A stretch of DNA of 64,000 bases from Clostridiales bacterium (lineage in GTDB: Bacteria > Bacillota > Clostridia > Oscillospirales > Acutalibacteraceae): assembly GCA_018364155.1 (NCBI GenBank), contig JAGZMM010000003.1, positions 100,225-164,224 on the forward strand. The letters run 5' to 3'. Every line of letters begins with the position of its first letter. Within the stretch, counting starts at the first letter, position 1. The translations under genes were made by a program, and so were the position numbers. Under the pieces are notes generated by a model, which made no database searches, had not been told where the DNA came from, and saw only the letters and a program-made list of their open reading frames with translations. Shown here one piece after another: positions 55,808-64,000 of this stretch.

Positions 55808-55859
55808 TGCTATAATAAAAAATAACCGCCGTGGCCGCAACCGCATTGCCACGGCGGTT
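55808..55859 (+). promoter_or_regulatory. Extended -10 promoter (TGcTATAAT) followed by a 12-bp-stem hairpin in the 5' UTR of the HTH-cupin regulator gene
   Basis: TGCTATAAT at 55808-55816. Hairpin aaccgccgtggc / gccacggcggtt at 55824-55859 with no following U-run. Confidence 0.4.
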
Positions 55860-55892
55860 GGCAAGTCAAAATTTATGAAGGGATGTGGTCTT

Positions 55893-56441
55893 GTGCATGA
55901 GGAGCTCAAACAGATTCCCGCAAGAATCCGGGAGCTGCGCGAAATTTTAAACATCGGGGTTTCCGATATGGCCCGTATGGTAGACGTTCCGCTGGAAACC
56001 TATGAGAAATACGAGAGCGGCGAACAGGATATTCCCATCAGCATGCTTTATAAGATTGCGGCGGTGCTCCATACCGACATGACGGTGCTCATTACGGGCG
56101 ATTCGCCACGCATGGAGCAGGCGTCGGTGGTGCGCGCCGGCACGGGCGTGGATGTGGAACGGTTCCCAGGCTACGACTTTTCTTCCCTGGCCTACAATTT
56201 CAAGGGCCGTGTGATGGAGCCGCTGCTTGTGAACATTGATCCGTCCAACGAAACGCCGCCTCTGGCTGTTCATGGCGGTCAGGAGTTCAACTATGTGCTC
56301 AAAGGCACCGTCAAGGTGGCCGTGGGCTCGCGCGAGTATGTTCTGAATGAAGGAGACTGCATCTATTTTGACCCGCAGCTTCCCCATTCCCAAACCGCGG
56401 TGGGGGCTCCGGCAACCTTTCTGACAGTAATCCAAGAATAA
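55893..56441 (+). CDS. XRE-family transcriptional regulator with C-terminal cupin domain
   Basis: HTH (IRELREILNIGVSDMARMVDV) plus a cupin domain. GTG start at 55893 preferred because it has an AGGGA RBS; alternative ATG at 55875. Confidence 0.8.
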   Translation: MHEELKQIPARIRELREILNIGVSDMARMVDVPLETYEKYESGEQDIPISMLYKIAAVLHTDMTVLITGDSPRMEQASVVRAGTGVDVERFPGYDFSSLAYNFKGRVMEPLLVNIDPSNETPPLAVHGGQEFNYVLKGTVKVAVGSREYVLNEGDCIYFDPQLPHSQTAVGAPATFLTVIQE

Positions 56442-56456
56442 TTGTGGGGAACGAAT

Positions 56457-58136
56457 ATGAGTGAATTATTAAAGCGGTACTGTCCTCGTACCGAGTTCGA
56501 TTCGTATGAGGACTTTTATGAAAACTACACCTGCAATGTCCCGGAGAACTTCAATTTCGCCTATGACATTGTGGACGAATGGGCCCGGCTGGACCCGCAA
56601 AAGCCGGCGCTTGTGTGGACAAATGACGCGGGTGACATAAAGCGCTTCACCTTCGGGGACATGAAACGCCACAGTGACCAGGCGGCCAATGTGTTCGCCG
56701 CCCACGGCATTAAAAAGGGCGACGTGGTCATGCTCATTTTAAAGCAGCGCCCGGAGGTGTGGATGTGCATGGTGGCTCTGATGAAGCTGGGCGCCAAATG
56801 CATCCCCGCCACCTATCAGCTCACTCCCAAGGACATTGTCTATCGCTGCAACCGAGCACAGGTAAAGATGATCGTGTGTGTGGACGACGACGTGGTTCTC
56901 GACCACATTAAGAATTCCGTGGACGAATGTGAAACACTGGAAACCATCGCGACGGTGGGCACCCATCCACATGAGGGCCTGGTGGACTTCTGCAAGGAGC
57001 TCTACGCCGCCAGCGATGTGTTTGCCCGGCCTACCGGGGCCGAGGCCACTCAGAACAGCGATCCCATGCTCATCTATTTTTCTTCCGGCACCACCGGCAT
57101 GCCCAAGATGGTGTGGCACGATTACGCCTATCCGCTGGGACACATTGTAACGGCAAAATACTGGCAGTGCGTGCAGGACGGCAAAATTCACATGACCCAG
57201 ACCGATTCCGGATGGGCGAAGTTCGCATGGGGAAAGATTTACGGCCAGTGGATCTGCGGCGCCTGCATCGGCGCTTACGACACGGAGAAGTTCAAACCTC
57301 ATTCCATGCTGGAAGCCATTCAGCGCATTAAGCCCACCACCTTCTGCGCCCCGGCCACCATTTACCGCTTCTTAATCAAGGAAGACCTGTCCGGGTACGA
57401 TTTCAGCTTTATTGAGCATGCAAGCATCGCGGGCGAGCCGTTAAACCCCGAGGTCTATAAAAAAATCCAGGAGCTTACGGGATTGGAGCTGCACGAGGGC
57501 TTTGGCCAGTCGGAATCCTCCGTGCTTCTGGCAAACTTTCCCTGGATCAAAGTGCGTCCCGGCTCCATGGGCAAGCCTGCTCCCCTTTACGGCATCAAGC
57601 TTCTCGACGAGGACGGCAACGAATGTGAGGACGGGGTGACCGGCGCCATCAGCATCACCGGCACGGACAAAAAGCATCCCACCGGCCTCTTCCGGGGCTA
57701 TTGGAAGGACCCGGAGATCACCGAAGCCTGCTGGCACGACGGGGTGTACTGCACCGGTGACATGGCCTGGCGGGACGAGGACGGATATTATTGGTTTGTT
57801 GGGCGCAACGACGACGTGATCAAATGTTCCGGCTACCGCATCGGTCCGTTCGAGGTGGAAAGCGCGCTTTTAGAGCACCCGTCGGTGCTCGAATGCGCGA
57901 TCACGGCGGTACCCGACCCCATTCGCGGCCAGATCGTCAAGGCCACGGTGGTGCTGGCCCGGGGCTTTACCCCTTCCGATGCGCTGACAAAGGAGCTTCA
58001 GGACCATGTCAAAAAGGTCACCGCTCCTTATAAATATCCCCGTGTAGTGGAATACGTGGACGAGCTTCCCAAAACCATCAGCGGCAAAATCCAGCGAAAC
58101 GTTATCCGCAGAAACGATATGCAAAAGCAAAGCTAA
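56457..58136 (+). CDS. AMP-forming acyl-CoA synthetase (medium-chain / aromatic acid CoA ligase-like)
   Basis: AMP-binding motif [10 protein letters not shown], core motifs YGQWICGAC..., and conserved C-terminal Lys (ISGKIQR). Confidence 0.9.
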   Translation: MSELLKRYCPRTEFDSYEDFYENYTCNVPENFNFAYDIVDEWARLDPQKPALVWTNDAGDIKRFTFGDMKRHSDQAANVFAAHGIKKGDVVMLILKQRPEVWMCMVALMKLGAKCIPATYQLTPKDIVYRCNRAQVKMIVCVDDDVVLDHIKNSVDECETLETIATVGTHPHEGLVDFCKELYAASDVFARPTGAEATQNSDPMLIYFSSGTTGMPKMVWHDYAYPLGHIVTAKYWQCVQDGKIHMTQTDSGWAKFAWGKIYGQWICGACIGAYDTEKFKPHSMLEAIQRIKPTTFCAPATIYRFLIKEDLSGYDFSFIEHASIAGEPLNPEVYKKIQELTGLELHEGFGQSESSVLLANFPWIKVRPGSMGKPAPLYGIKLLDEDGNECEDGVTGAISITGTDKKHPTGLFRGYWKDPEITEACWHDGVYCTGDMAWRDEDGYYWFVGRNDDVIKCSGYRIGPFEVESALLEHPSVLECAITAVPDPIRGQIVKATVVLARGFTPSDALTKELQDHVKKVTAPYKYPRVVEYVDELPKTISGKIQRNVIRRNDMQKQS

Positions 58137-58150
58137 TCAGATCAGCAAAA

Positions 58151-58186
58151 GGCCCGGCAGCGACCAAATCGCTGCCGGGCCTTTTT
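58151..58186 (+). terminator. Rho-independent terminator
   Basis: ggcccggcagcg-accaaat-cgctgccgggcc, followed by TTTTT. Confidence 0.8.
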
Positions 58187-58253
58187 GATACAAAGAAAGC
58201 GGACAAGGCAAACCACAGCGGTCTTTTCCGTGTGCCTTCCCTTGCCGCCGGGC

Positions 58254-59546
58254 TTATTCAGCCGGCTTCTCCTTTCTTGGCTGATGAAACCGCTTTTCCA
58301 TCAGCCGCACCGCTTCCTCGGGCTTTGCGGGGAACCGGCTGGGTTCTCCCTTCTCCGTCACGCAGATGCGCTCCCCGTCCCACGCGGCCTGCCAAATCCA
58401 CCGCAGCCCCTTTTGTTCACACAGCCATCCGGCCGCGTTTTCCACCGTCGCCTGTGCGTGCAGCACGGTGAGAAAACAAAGGCCTTCATGGGCCGGATCG
58501 GGGCGCACAAAAACACGGATCTTTTGTGCAACCTCTGTCTCCTGAAGCCGCCTGCGCAGCCGGGCTGTGTTTTCCCTGGTGTCCAAGGTCACAATGCATA
58601 AGGGCGGCGCGTTTTTCGGCGGGGACCCATATACGCTGCTTTGATGCGCAAGCGTGCGCTGGGAATGATAAAAGGCCTCTTCCTCGGCGGCAGTAAAATC
58701 CCCATGAAAAATGTGCAGCACCTCATGAATCACCGTGTAAACAAAGGGGGTCCGCCCATGCTCGTCAAGAACCGAGAGGACCTTTTCAGCCGCATCCCGG
58801 TCGAGAGGGGTCAGATGTGCATAGGTTTTCGTTTTCCCATCGTACAGTGCCGCACCGGACAGGACGATGACCGGCAGCGTCAGCTCCAGCCCTGCGCTTG
58901 CTTCCAAAAGAGAAGCGGGCGTACGGGAGGTGGACAGGGTAACGGCTGCTCCCCGCCCCAGCAGCTGGTTGAGCTTTACTTTGCAGTAAGAGGGCAGCGC
59001 CCCGTCTTTTGACAAGGCCGCATCTTCCGCCATCAGCAGCACCTCTTTGTCCCGCCGCCTAGGCAGGTGAAAGGCGTTTACCCCCAATGACACGGCGATG
59101 CCGATGAGGGTGTCCACCATACGGTCCACTGCAAACAGGTACGGGTTCACGTCCGCCCCATGGGAAACGGTGATGCTCATAAAGACCACGCAGGTGATGT
59201 AGGAAGCGGTGGATTTTTTGACAAGCAGCGTCACGTAAATAAGCGGAATGATGACCAGGGAGATCACCGCATACTGCAAAACCGGCAGGTCACGCGGCAG
59301 ACAGCTTTGCTCAAAAAGCAGCACTACCATGCCGAATACGCCGCCGATCAAGGTACCCACCGTCCGGTTGAGGGCCACCTTAATGCTGTTTGACACATAC
59401 GGCTGCATACACAGCACCGCTGCGATGGCCGAATAAAAGGGCATTCCCTGCCCACGCAGCAGGTACACCCCGAAGCACAAAAAGACCGCCACCGCCGACT
59501 TGATGATCCGCATACCGATGGGCGGCAGCCTTCGTTTTTTCCTCAT
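58254..59546 (-). CDS. Membrane protein: ArAE/FUSC-like N-terminal four-TM domain fused to a HAD-like (Cof-type) domain that lacks the catalytic aspartates
   Basis: N-terminal ~165 aa with four TM segments (IKSAVAVFLCFGVY...). C-terminal domain begins VLLMAEDAALSKDG, where canonical Cof-type HADs have DxDGTL. Confidence 0.65.
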   Translation of the reverse strand: MRKKRRLPPIGMRIIKSAVAVFLCFGVYLLRGQGMPFYSAIAAVLCMQPYVSNSIKVALNRTVGTLIGGVFGMVVLLFEQSCLPRDLPVLQYAVISLVIIPLIYVTLLVKKSTASYITCVVFMSITVSHGADVNPYLFAVDRMVDTLIGIAVSLGVNAFHLPRRRDKEVLLMAEDAALSKDGALPSYCKVKLNQLLGRGAAVTLSTSRTPASLLEASAGLELTLPVIVLSGAALYDGKTKTYAHLTPLDRDAAEKVLSVLDEHGRTPFVYTVIHEVLHIFHGDFTAAEEEAFYHSQRTLAHQSSVYGSPPKNAPPLCIVTLDTRENTARLRRRLQETEVAQKIRVFVRPDPAHEGLCFLTVLHAQATVENAAGWLCEQKGLRWIWQAAWDGERICVTEKGEPSRFPAKPEEAVRLMEKRFHQPRKEKPAE

Positions 59547-60142
59547 TCGCCGTCCTCCTCTTCCTCATCCTCAAACAGAAAGCCCAGAGCATCTTCAAAG
59601 TACGCATACGTGTATTCCTTCTCAATGGACGCATGCCACAAAGAAAGTCCCGCATTGTCATACACCCGATCCACCAGCTTATCCCGCTCCCGGCGCTCGG
59701 CCCGCTGATGGGTGCTGTCGTCCAGCTCCACGCCGCACAAGGGAAGGAATGTCTTGCGGTCGCAAAGAAGGAAATCCACATGCTTGCGGTTGATGCGGTT
59801 AAAGTAGCTCAACGTCTCCTGGCCGGCCGACCGGCTCACCTTGAACACGTCCCGCAAATTCACCTTCGCAAACAGGGCAAGCCTTCCGTCGATGTAGGTT
59901 TGAAGCGCCAGGAAGAACCGCCGCTCGGCCGGGGTGAGGAAATCCCGGTTCACTTCGTAAGGCAATGTGCGAAGCCCGAGCTCATAGGCTTCCTCCTCTT
60001 CCTGCCTTCTTTCCCGCCGGCGGCGGAAAATCGGAGGCAGGGAAACCAGCAAAATCACCGCCAGCACCCCCAGCAGCAGAAAAAAGAAGAGGATCGGCAG
60101 TGCGCTGCTCAGGGTGTCCCACCAGTGTTCCAAGGTCTGCAT
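59543..60142 (-). CDS. DUF2726-like membrane-anchored protein (restriction-endonuclease-like fold)
   Basis: N-terminal TM segment, then a PD-(D/E)xK-like core (HVDFLLCD ... GVELDDSTH). 4-nt overlap with the downstream gene. Start at ATG 60140-60142; track ORF runs to 60208. Confidence 0.65.
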   Translation of the reverse strand: MQTLEHWWDTLSSALPILFFFLLLGVLAVILLVSLPPIFRRRRERRQEEEEAYELGLRTLPYEVNRDFLTPAERRFFLALQTYIDGRLALFAKVNLRDVFKVSRSAGQETLSYFNRINRKHVDFLLCDRKTFLPLCGVELDDSTHQRAERRERDKLVDRVYDNAGLSLWHASIEKEYTYAYFEDALGFLFEDEEEEDGE

Positions 60143-60519
60143 GAATCCGTTTTCCTCCGTTTCAATGGGATGCCGGCTTCTTAGGGACGTAAAGCGCCGG
60201 CCCTTCACCCACTCCTGGGCAATCGCCCCATCCGCCTCATTCGGCCTTATGCTGGCTGGTCTTACCGGGCGTTTCTGTCAGCCTTTCGCGCCATCTCTGC
60301 CCATCCCCGCACCAAGCCGCCCCTGCGCGCAGTCCCCGCTCTTTCCCAGTCACAGGCACCCATGCAAACCAGGGCCTTACGCCAGCACGTTTCGCCGAAA
60401 ACGCGGTACCAAGAATGATCCCAGGGCTTGGAAAGAGGTGGTGCGCTTTTCCGCTTGCTCGGCCTTTCTTTCTCAGGCACTTAGAAAAATCCAGGTAAGA
60501 ACGTGTTCTTACCTGGATG

Positions 60520-61242
60520 CTATCCCTGAGGCTTTTGATTGATTATAGCAATGATTTCTCCCGCCGTCAATCGAGGAACCGGCAAAACCGGTTTGGCCTC
60601 CGGCATCTGTTCGAGATAATGGGCGTCTGAATCAAACAAGATGCGCATATCCTCCAGAATGGGATGAGCCTTCAAGAGGGCGGGCGCGTCTCCCCCGGCG
60701 CTCACCTCTGCCGCCGTAAACTGAGCCTCCGGCGGAATTTCCCCCAAGGAAGCCAGAATACTGAAGCTTTGCCTGTCAATGTGAGCCGGGAAGCAGGCGC
60801 CCCCCAGGCCCCGCACAAGCTGCACCGCCTCGAGAATGGAGTACCGGCAGGAATTGACCAAGAGGATTTCTTCCTCCCCCACCTGCTCGTCGTTTTCATT
60901 GAGAATCCGCTGAGGGCCGAACACCTCCGGACGGTTTCGAATAGGCGGCATCGCCTCATGCACCATCTTTGACAGCCGGAGAGCCCGTTCCAGGTCGGGC
61001 AGCAGGCAAACCAGATGCACGTCCTCCGCCGTTTGCAGCTCCATTCCCGGGATGACCAGAACTCCCGCCTGCTCGCCCACCCTCATGGCAGCCCCGCAGT
61101 TTAAGCAGGAATTGTGGTCAGTCAGGGCGATCACATCGTATCCCTGCAAAGCCGCCATATTCACCAGGTTGTTTGGCGTCATGTCTTCGTCACCGCAGGG
61201 GGATAGAACCGAGTGAATGTGAAAATCGTATTTCGCGTTCAT
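60520..61242 (-). CDS. PHP-domain phosphoesterase
   Basis: N-terminal YDFHIHSVLSPCGD ... ALTDHN PHP metal-binding motifs. Confidence 0.8.
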   Translation of the reverse strand: MNAKYDFHIHSVLSPCGDEDMTPNNLVNMAALQGYDVIALTDHNSCLNCGAAMRVGEQAGVLVIPGMELQTAEDVHLVCLLPDLERALRLSKMVHEAMPPIRNRPEVFGPQRILNENDEQVGEEEILLVNSCRYSILEAVQLVRGLGGACFPAHIDRQSFSILASLGEIPPEAQFTAAEVSAGGDAPALLKAHPILEDMRILFDSDAHYLEQMPEAKPVLPVPRLTAGEIIAIINQKPQG

Positions 61243-61571
61243 GAAAGCAGCTTTCCAATGGCTACCGCCAGGTCATAGGTAGACCGGTCGCTTTGCAGCA
61301 CCGCCACCCCTTCTTCCTCCGCCTTTTGCCGGGCGTCCTCGTCCAGAACGGCGTTTTCCGACAGCAGGATGCACGACACGTCGGCCAGCACCGCCACCGC
61401 GATGGCGTTTAAGTTCCCCATCACGGTGATCCACACGTCGTCCTCCTTGGCCCGGCCCATTACCCAGCTGAGCAGGTCCCCGCAGTAACCTCCCGCCACC
61501 AGGCGCTCCATGCTTTGCCTCCCTGCCAGCACCTTCAGATTCAAAACCGTTGTCATCTGCGCCACCGTCAT
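61239..61571 (-). CDS. DRTGG-domain protein (110 aa)
   Basis: Stand-alone DRTGG fold (VMGRAKEDDVWITVMGNLNAIAVA). 4-nt overlaps on both sides. Confidence 0.8.
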   Translation of the reverse strand: MTVAQMTTVLNLKVLAGRQSMERLVAGGYCGDLLSWVMGRAKEDDVWITVMGNLNAIAVAVLADVSCILLSENAVLDEDARQKAEEEGVAVLQSDRSTYDLAVAIGKLLS

Positions 61572-62899
61572 GGCTCGTTCTCCTCTCCGTCCGGTTCCCG
61601 ATTTTTGGGCAAATAGCCCTCCATTTCAATGAGCTGGTCGGCGATGCGCTGAATTTTTTCCCGCATTTTGAAAATGCAGTCGCTCTCCTTCGCCTCTCCC
61701 AGCACAATGTCCTCCGCCAGCGCCCGGCAGGAGGGCGCCCCGCAGGAGCCGCAGTCAAGCCCCGGCAGCCGGTCGGTAATCTCCTCCACCATGCTCATGC
61801 GCTTCATGGCTTCCTCAATGTTGTCCGCCAGGTTGAGAACCGGCGCAAACTCCAGCTCACCGGTCCATTTCATCTCCTCCGGCACCTGTTTCCCCGGCAG
61901 ATGGTTGCAGGACACCGGCAGATATTTGCGCAACCGCTGGATGCGCGCCTGGGCCACATAAGGGTTCTCCACCGTGAACACGCCGCCCACGCAGCCGCCC
62001 GGGCAGGCATTTAGTTCGATGAAATCCAGCTCGCTTAAGCGTTCGTCCTCCAGGTCCTCAAGCACCTTGATGACGTTTTCAATGCCGTCGGCAGCCAGAT
62101 GCTTTTCGTTTAACAGGGCCGCCGCCTCGCCGCCGATGCCAGCCCAGCTGACCCCGATGATGCCGGAGTTGGAAATGGCCTCCGGCTCCTCCACCTTATT
62201 CATACAGCCCACCAGCTGCGGATAAATCTCGCTGATGGCGATAGCCCCATCCACCGACGACGTCTCAATGCCGATGGGCACCTTGATGTCGGTCACCTTG
62301 GCCGCGCAGGGGGTGATGAAAAAAATCCCGATGTCTTCCGAAGGAAGGCCAGTTTTCTCCATGGCTTCCTTGCGGGCTAAGCGCGCCGCCGTCTCCATGG
62401 GTGCCCGCAGCGGCAGCACATGGGCGCACAAATCCGGGAACCGCACCCGAATCAGGCGCACGATGGCAGGACACGCCGAACTGATGACCGGTTTTAGAAG
62501 CGTCCCCTGTGCCATCAGCCGGCGGGTGGCGTCGGACACCATTTCCGCCCCTCTGGACACCTCGAACACCTCGTCAAAGCCCACCCGCTTGAGCCCGGTG
62601 AGCACAATGTCAATGATGTCCAGATTGTTAAACTGCCCGTATAGCGCCGGGGCGGGCAGGGCGATTTTATACTTGTATGCTTTGATGATGTCCATGGGGT
62701 CGGACTTTGCCTTTTTCGCATGGTAAGGACACACCCGGATGCACACCGAGCAGTCAATGCACCGTTCGGGGGTGATGACCGCCTTGCCGTTTCGCACCCG
62801 GATGGCTTCGGTGGGACATCGCTTGATGCAGTTGGTACAGCCCTTGCATTTCTCTTTATCCAATGTCACCGAATGAAAAAATCGATCCATCGGAATCAC
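61568..62899 (-). CDS. [FeFe]-hydrogenase-like protein (two ferredoxin-type 4Fe-4S motifs, H-cluster domain, extra C-terminal Cys motif); putative sensory/regulatory type
   Basis: CKGCTNCIKRCP and CIDCSVCIRVCP. H-domain motifs SSACP (canonical TSCCP), TPCAAK (canonical MPCxxK) and ELNACPGGCVGG (canonical ExMACxGGC). C-terminal CGSCGAPSC...C. Confidence 0.85.
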   Translation of the reverse strand: MIPMDRFFHSVTLDKEKCKGCTNCIKRCPTEAIRVRNGKAVITPERCIDCSVCIRVCPYHAKKAKSDPMDIIKAYKYKIALPAPALYGQFNNLDIIDIVLTGLKRVGFDEVFEVSRGAEMVSDATRRLMAQGTLLKPVISSACPAIVRLIRVRFPDLCAHVLPLRAPMETAARLARKEAMEKTGLPSEDIGIFFITPCAAKVTDIKVPIGIETSSVDGAIAISEIYPQLVGCMNKVEEPEAISNSGIIGVSWAGIGGEAAALLNEKHLAADGIENVIKVLEDLEDERLSELDFIELNACPGGCVGGVFTVENPYVAQARIQRLRKYLPVSCNHLPGKQVPEEMKWTGELEFAPVLNLADNIEEAMKRMSMVEEITDRLPGLDCGSCGAPSCRALAEDIVLGEAKESDCIFKMREKIQRIADQLIEMEGYLPKNREPDGEENEP

Positions 62900-62924
62900 C
62901 TCGTTTCTCTGGAAAAGGCCTTGC

Positions 62925-63350
62925 TTACTGGACGAGGATCACCATAAACACCTTCGTCCCTTTGCCGATTTCGGTTTCAATGCGCATTTCGTCGGTGTAT
63001 TTCTTGATATTGGGCAGACCCATGCCCGCGCCGAACCCCAAAGAACGCACATGGTCGGGAGCGGTGGACCACCCTTCCTTCATAGCAAGCTCCACGTCCG
63101 GGATGCCCGGTCCATGGTCGGTGAGCACAATGCTGATTTTATCCGGCACGATTTCCACGTCCGCTTCTCCGCCGCCCGCGTGGATCACCATGTTGATCTC
63201 CCCTTCGTACATGGCGATGGCCACCCGCCGGATGGCAGACGGATTAAAACCCATTTGCTTTAGTTTGCGCTTGACTGCGCCGGACGCCTCTCCCGCACGG
63301 GTAAAGTCGTCCCCCGGAACGTCGTAATGCAGGTGTAACGCTTGGCTCAT
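62925..63350 (-). CDS. RsbW/SpoIIAB-like anti-sigma-factor-type serine protein kinase (HATPase_c)
   Basis: 141 aa. G1 box DHGPGI and G2 box GFGAGMG. N box EGEINMVIHAG. Confidence 0.8.
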   Translation of the reverse strand: MSQALHLHYDVPGDDFTRAGEASGAVKRKLKQMGFNPSAIRRVAIAMYEGEINMVIHAGGGEADVEIVPDKISIVLTDHGPGIPDVELAMKEGWSTAPDHVRSLGFGAGMGLPNIKKYTDEMRIETEIGKGTKVFMVILVQ

Positions 63351-63703
63351 TCCTTTTCGCAGCCTCCCCTCAGCCCCCTCTGGTAGAGGCGGCCGCAGGC
63401 GGTGAACATGCGAAACCGCGTTTTGAGCAGCACGATGTCCCGCTCCTTGGCAAGCTCGATGATGGAATCGTCCGGCACTTTGCCGCGTACAAATACAATA
63501 CAGTGCATCTCCATCATGTCCGCCGTGCGCACCACCTGGGGGTTGACCAGCCCCGTCAGCAGCACCGACTGGTCCTTGACAAAGGCCAGCACATCGCTCA
63601 TCATATCGCTGCCGCAGGCAGTATGCACCTCGGCGTCAAGCCCCGTTTCGCTGGCCCAAATAATGTCGGCCTCCAGGATTTCCATAATATCGCGAACATT
63701 CAT
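63347..63703 (-). CDS. DRTGG-domain protein (second copy)
   Basis: Start at ATG 63701-63703 (MNVRDIMEIL), which has GGGAGGAAG 7 nt upstream. Track ORF runs to 63805. Confidence 0.75.
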   Translation of the reverse strand: MNVRDIMEILEADIIWASETGLDAEVHTACGSDMMSDVLAFVKDQSVLLTGLVNPQVVRTADMMEMHCIVFVRGKVPDDSIIELAKERDIVLLKTRFRMFTACGRLYQRGLRGGCEKE

Positions 63704-63813
63704 ACAGCTTCCTCCCATTTCAGTTGCCTTGGACAAAATCGGTCGCCGGGCTCTCGTGCCGACTGGTGGCAGCAGGCCGCACAAATATTGCCAGCCTGCT
63801 TCCATATAAGTAT

Positions 63814-63843
63814 ATTTATTATAGCATTCCTTCCAGCCTTATG
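63814..63843 (-). promoter_or_regulatory. Candidate sigma-A promoter for the DRTGG/kinase/hydrogenase-like operon
   Basis: Minus-strand TTTGCA, 18 nt spacer, TATAAT. Confidence 0.4.
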
Positions 63844-64000
63844 CAAACCCCATCGCCGCCTTTCATACAAATTTCCATTTTATTTTGCAAAAATCATAGG
63901 CAAATCCTACATCTTTGTTATTTTTATGACAATAGGGCCAAAAACATTGGAAAATGGATTGACGAAAGATGCCGAAACCGATAAAATGATAAGTAATATC

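Noticed and set aside
63960-63988. Plus-strand TTGACG, 17 nt spacer, TAAAAT promoter-like element at the window edge
   Set aside because: Its target gene would lie outside the window, so it cannot be evaluated.
1-64000. Mobile elements, CRISPR arrays, tRNA/rRNA genes
   Set aside because: No transposase, integrase or recombinase ORFs, no direct-repeat/spacer arrays, no tRNA cloverleaf-like or rRNA-like segments were recognised. The window appears to be stable chromosomal backbone.

Overview
This 64 kb window looks like a chromosomal segment from a high-GC, endospore-forming Firmicute of class Clostridia. The basis is a GerA-C-B germinant receptor operon, an alpha/beta-type SASP gene, a bifunctional ispH-rpsA fusion and a trpG-trpD fusion. 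Almost all of it is coding, on both strands, and I found no transposase, integrase, CRISPR array, rRNA or tRNA.

Main blocks, left to right:
(i) A minus-strand rhamnose-containing cell-wall polysaccharide locus (572-10780). It contains a WbaP-type initiating transferase, two GT2s, rmlACBD, a Wzm/Wzt-like ABC exporter and an RgpF-like two-domain GT2.
(ii) A K+/H+ antiporter.
(iii) A metY-cysK operon transcribed divergently from two tandem Rrf2 regulators.
(iv) A complete trpE-GD-C-F-B-A operon behind a tryptophan T-box leader.
(v) A VOC, hemolysin-III, radical-SAM and AGCS symporter block.
(vi) TetR-MMPL plus a secreted heptad-repeat protein, a DHHW/MBOAT O-acyltransferase pair, and a YhgE/Pip protein.
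(vii) The germinant receptor operon, which contains a 59-codon two-TM ORF with a perfect RBS that the ORF track does not list.
(viii) Housekeeping genes: ispH-rpsA, plsC, cmk, and pyrB with a fused PyrI zinc domain, translationally coupled to an Isf-like flavoprotein.
(ix) At the right edge, a tightly overlapping five-gene minus-strand operon: DRTGG, RsbW/SpoIIAB-like serine kinase, an [FeFe]-hydrogenase-like protein with an altered H-cluster proton-relay motif, a second DRTGG, and a PHP phosphoesterase. This is the most system-like and least characterised element in the window, and I read it as a putative H2/redox-sensing regulatory module.

Many ORF-track entries are over-extended at the N-terminus in this GC-rich DNA. 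Where I moved a start, I picked the in-frame ATG/GTG/TTG codon that has an RBS and a conserved N-terminus, and I list the track coordinate as the alternative. Several long antisense ORFs are artefacts of GC-rich composition. All functional calls come from motif recognition by eye, not from database searches.
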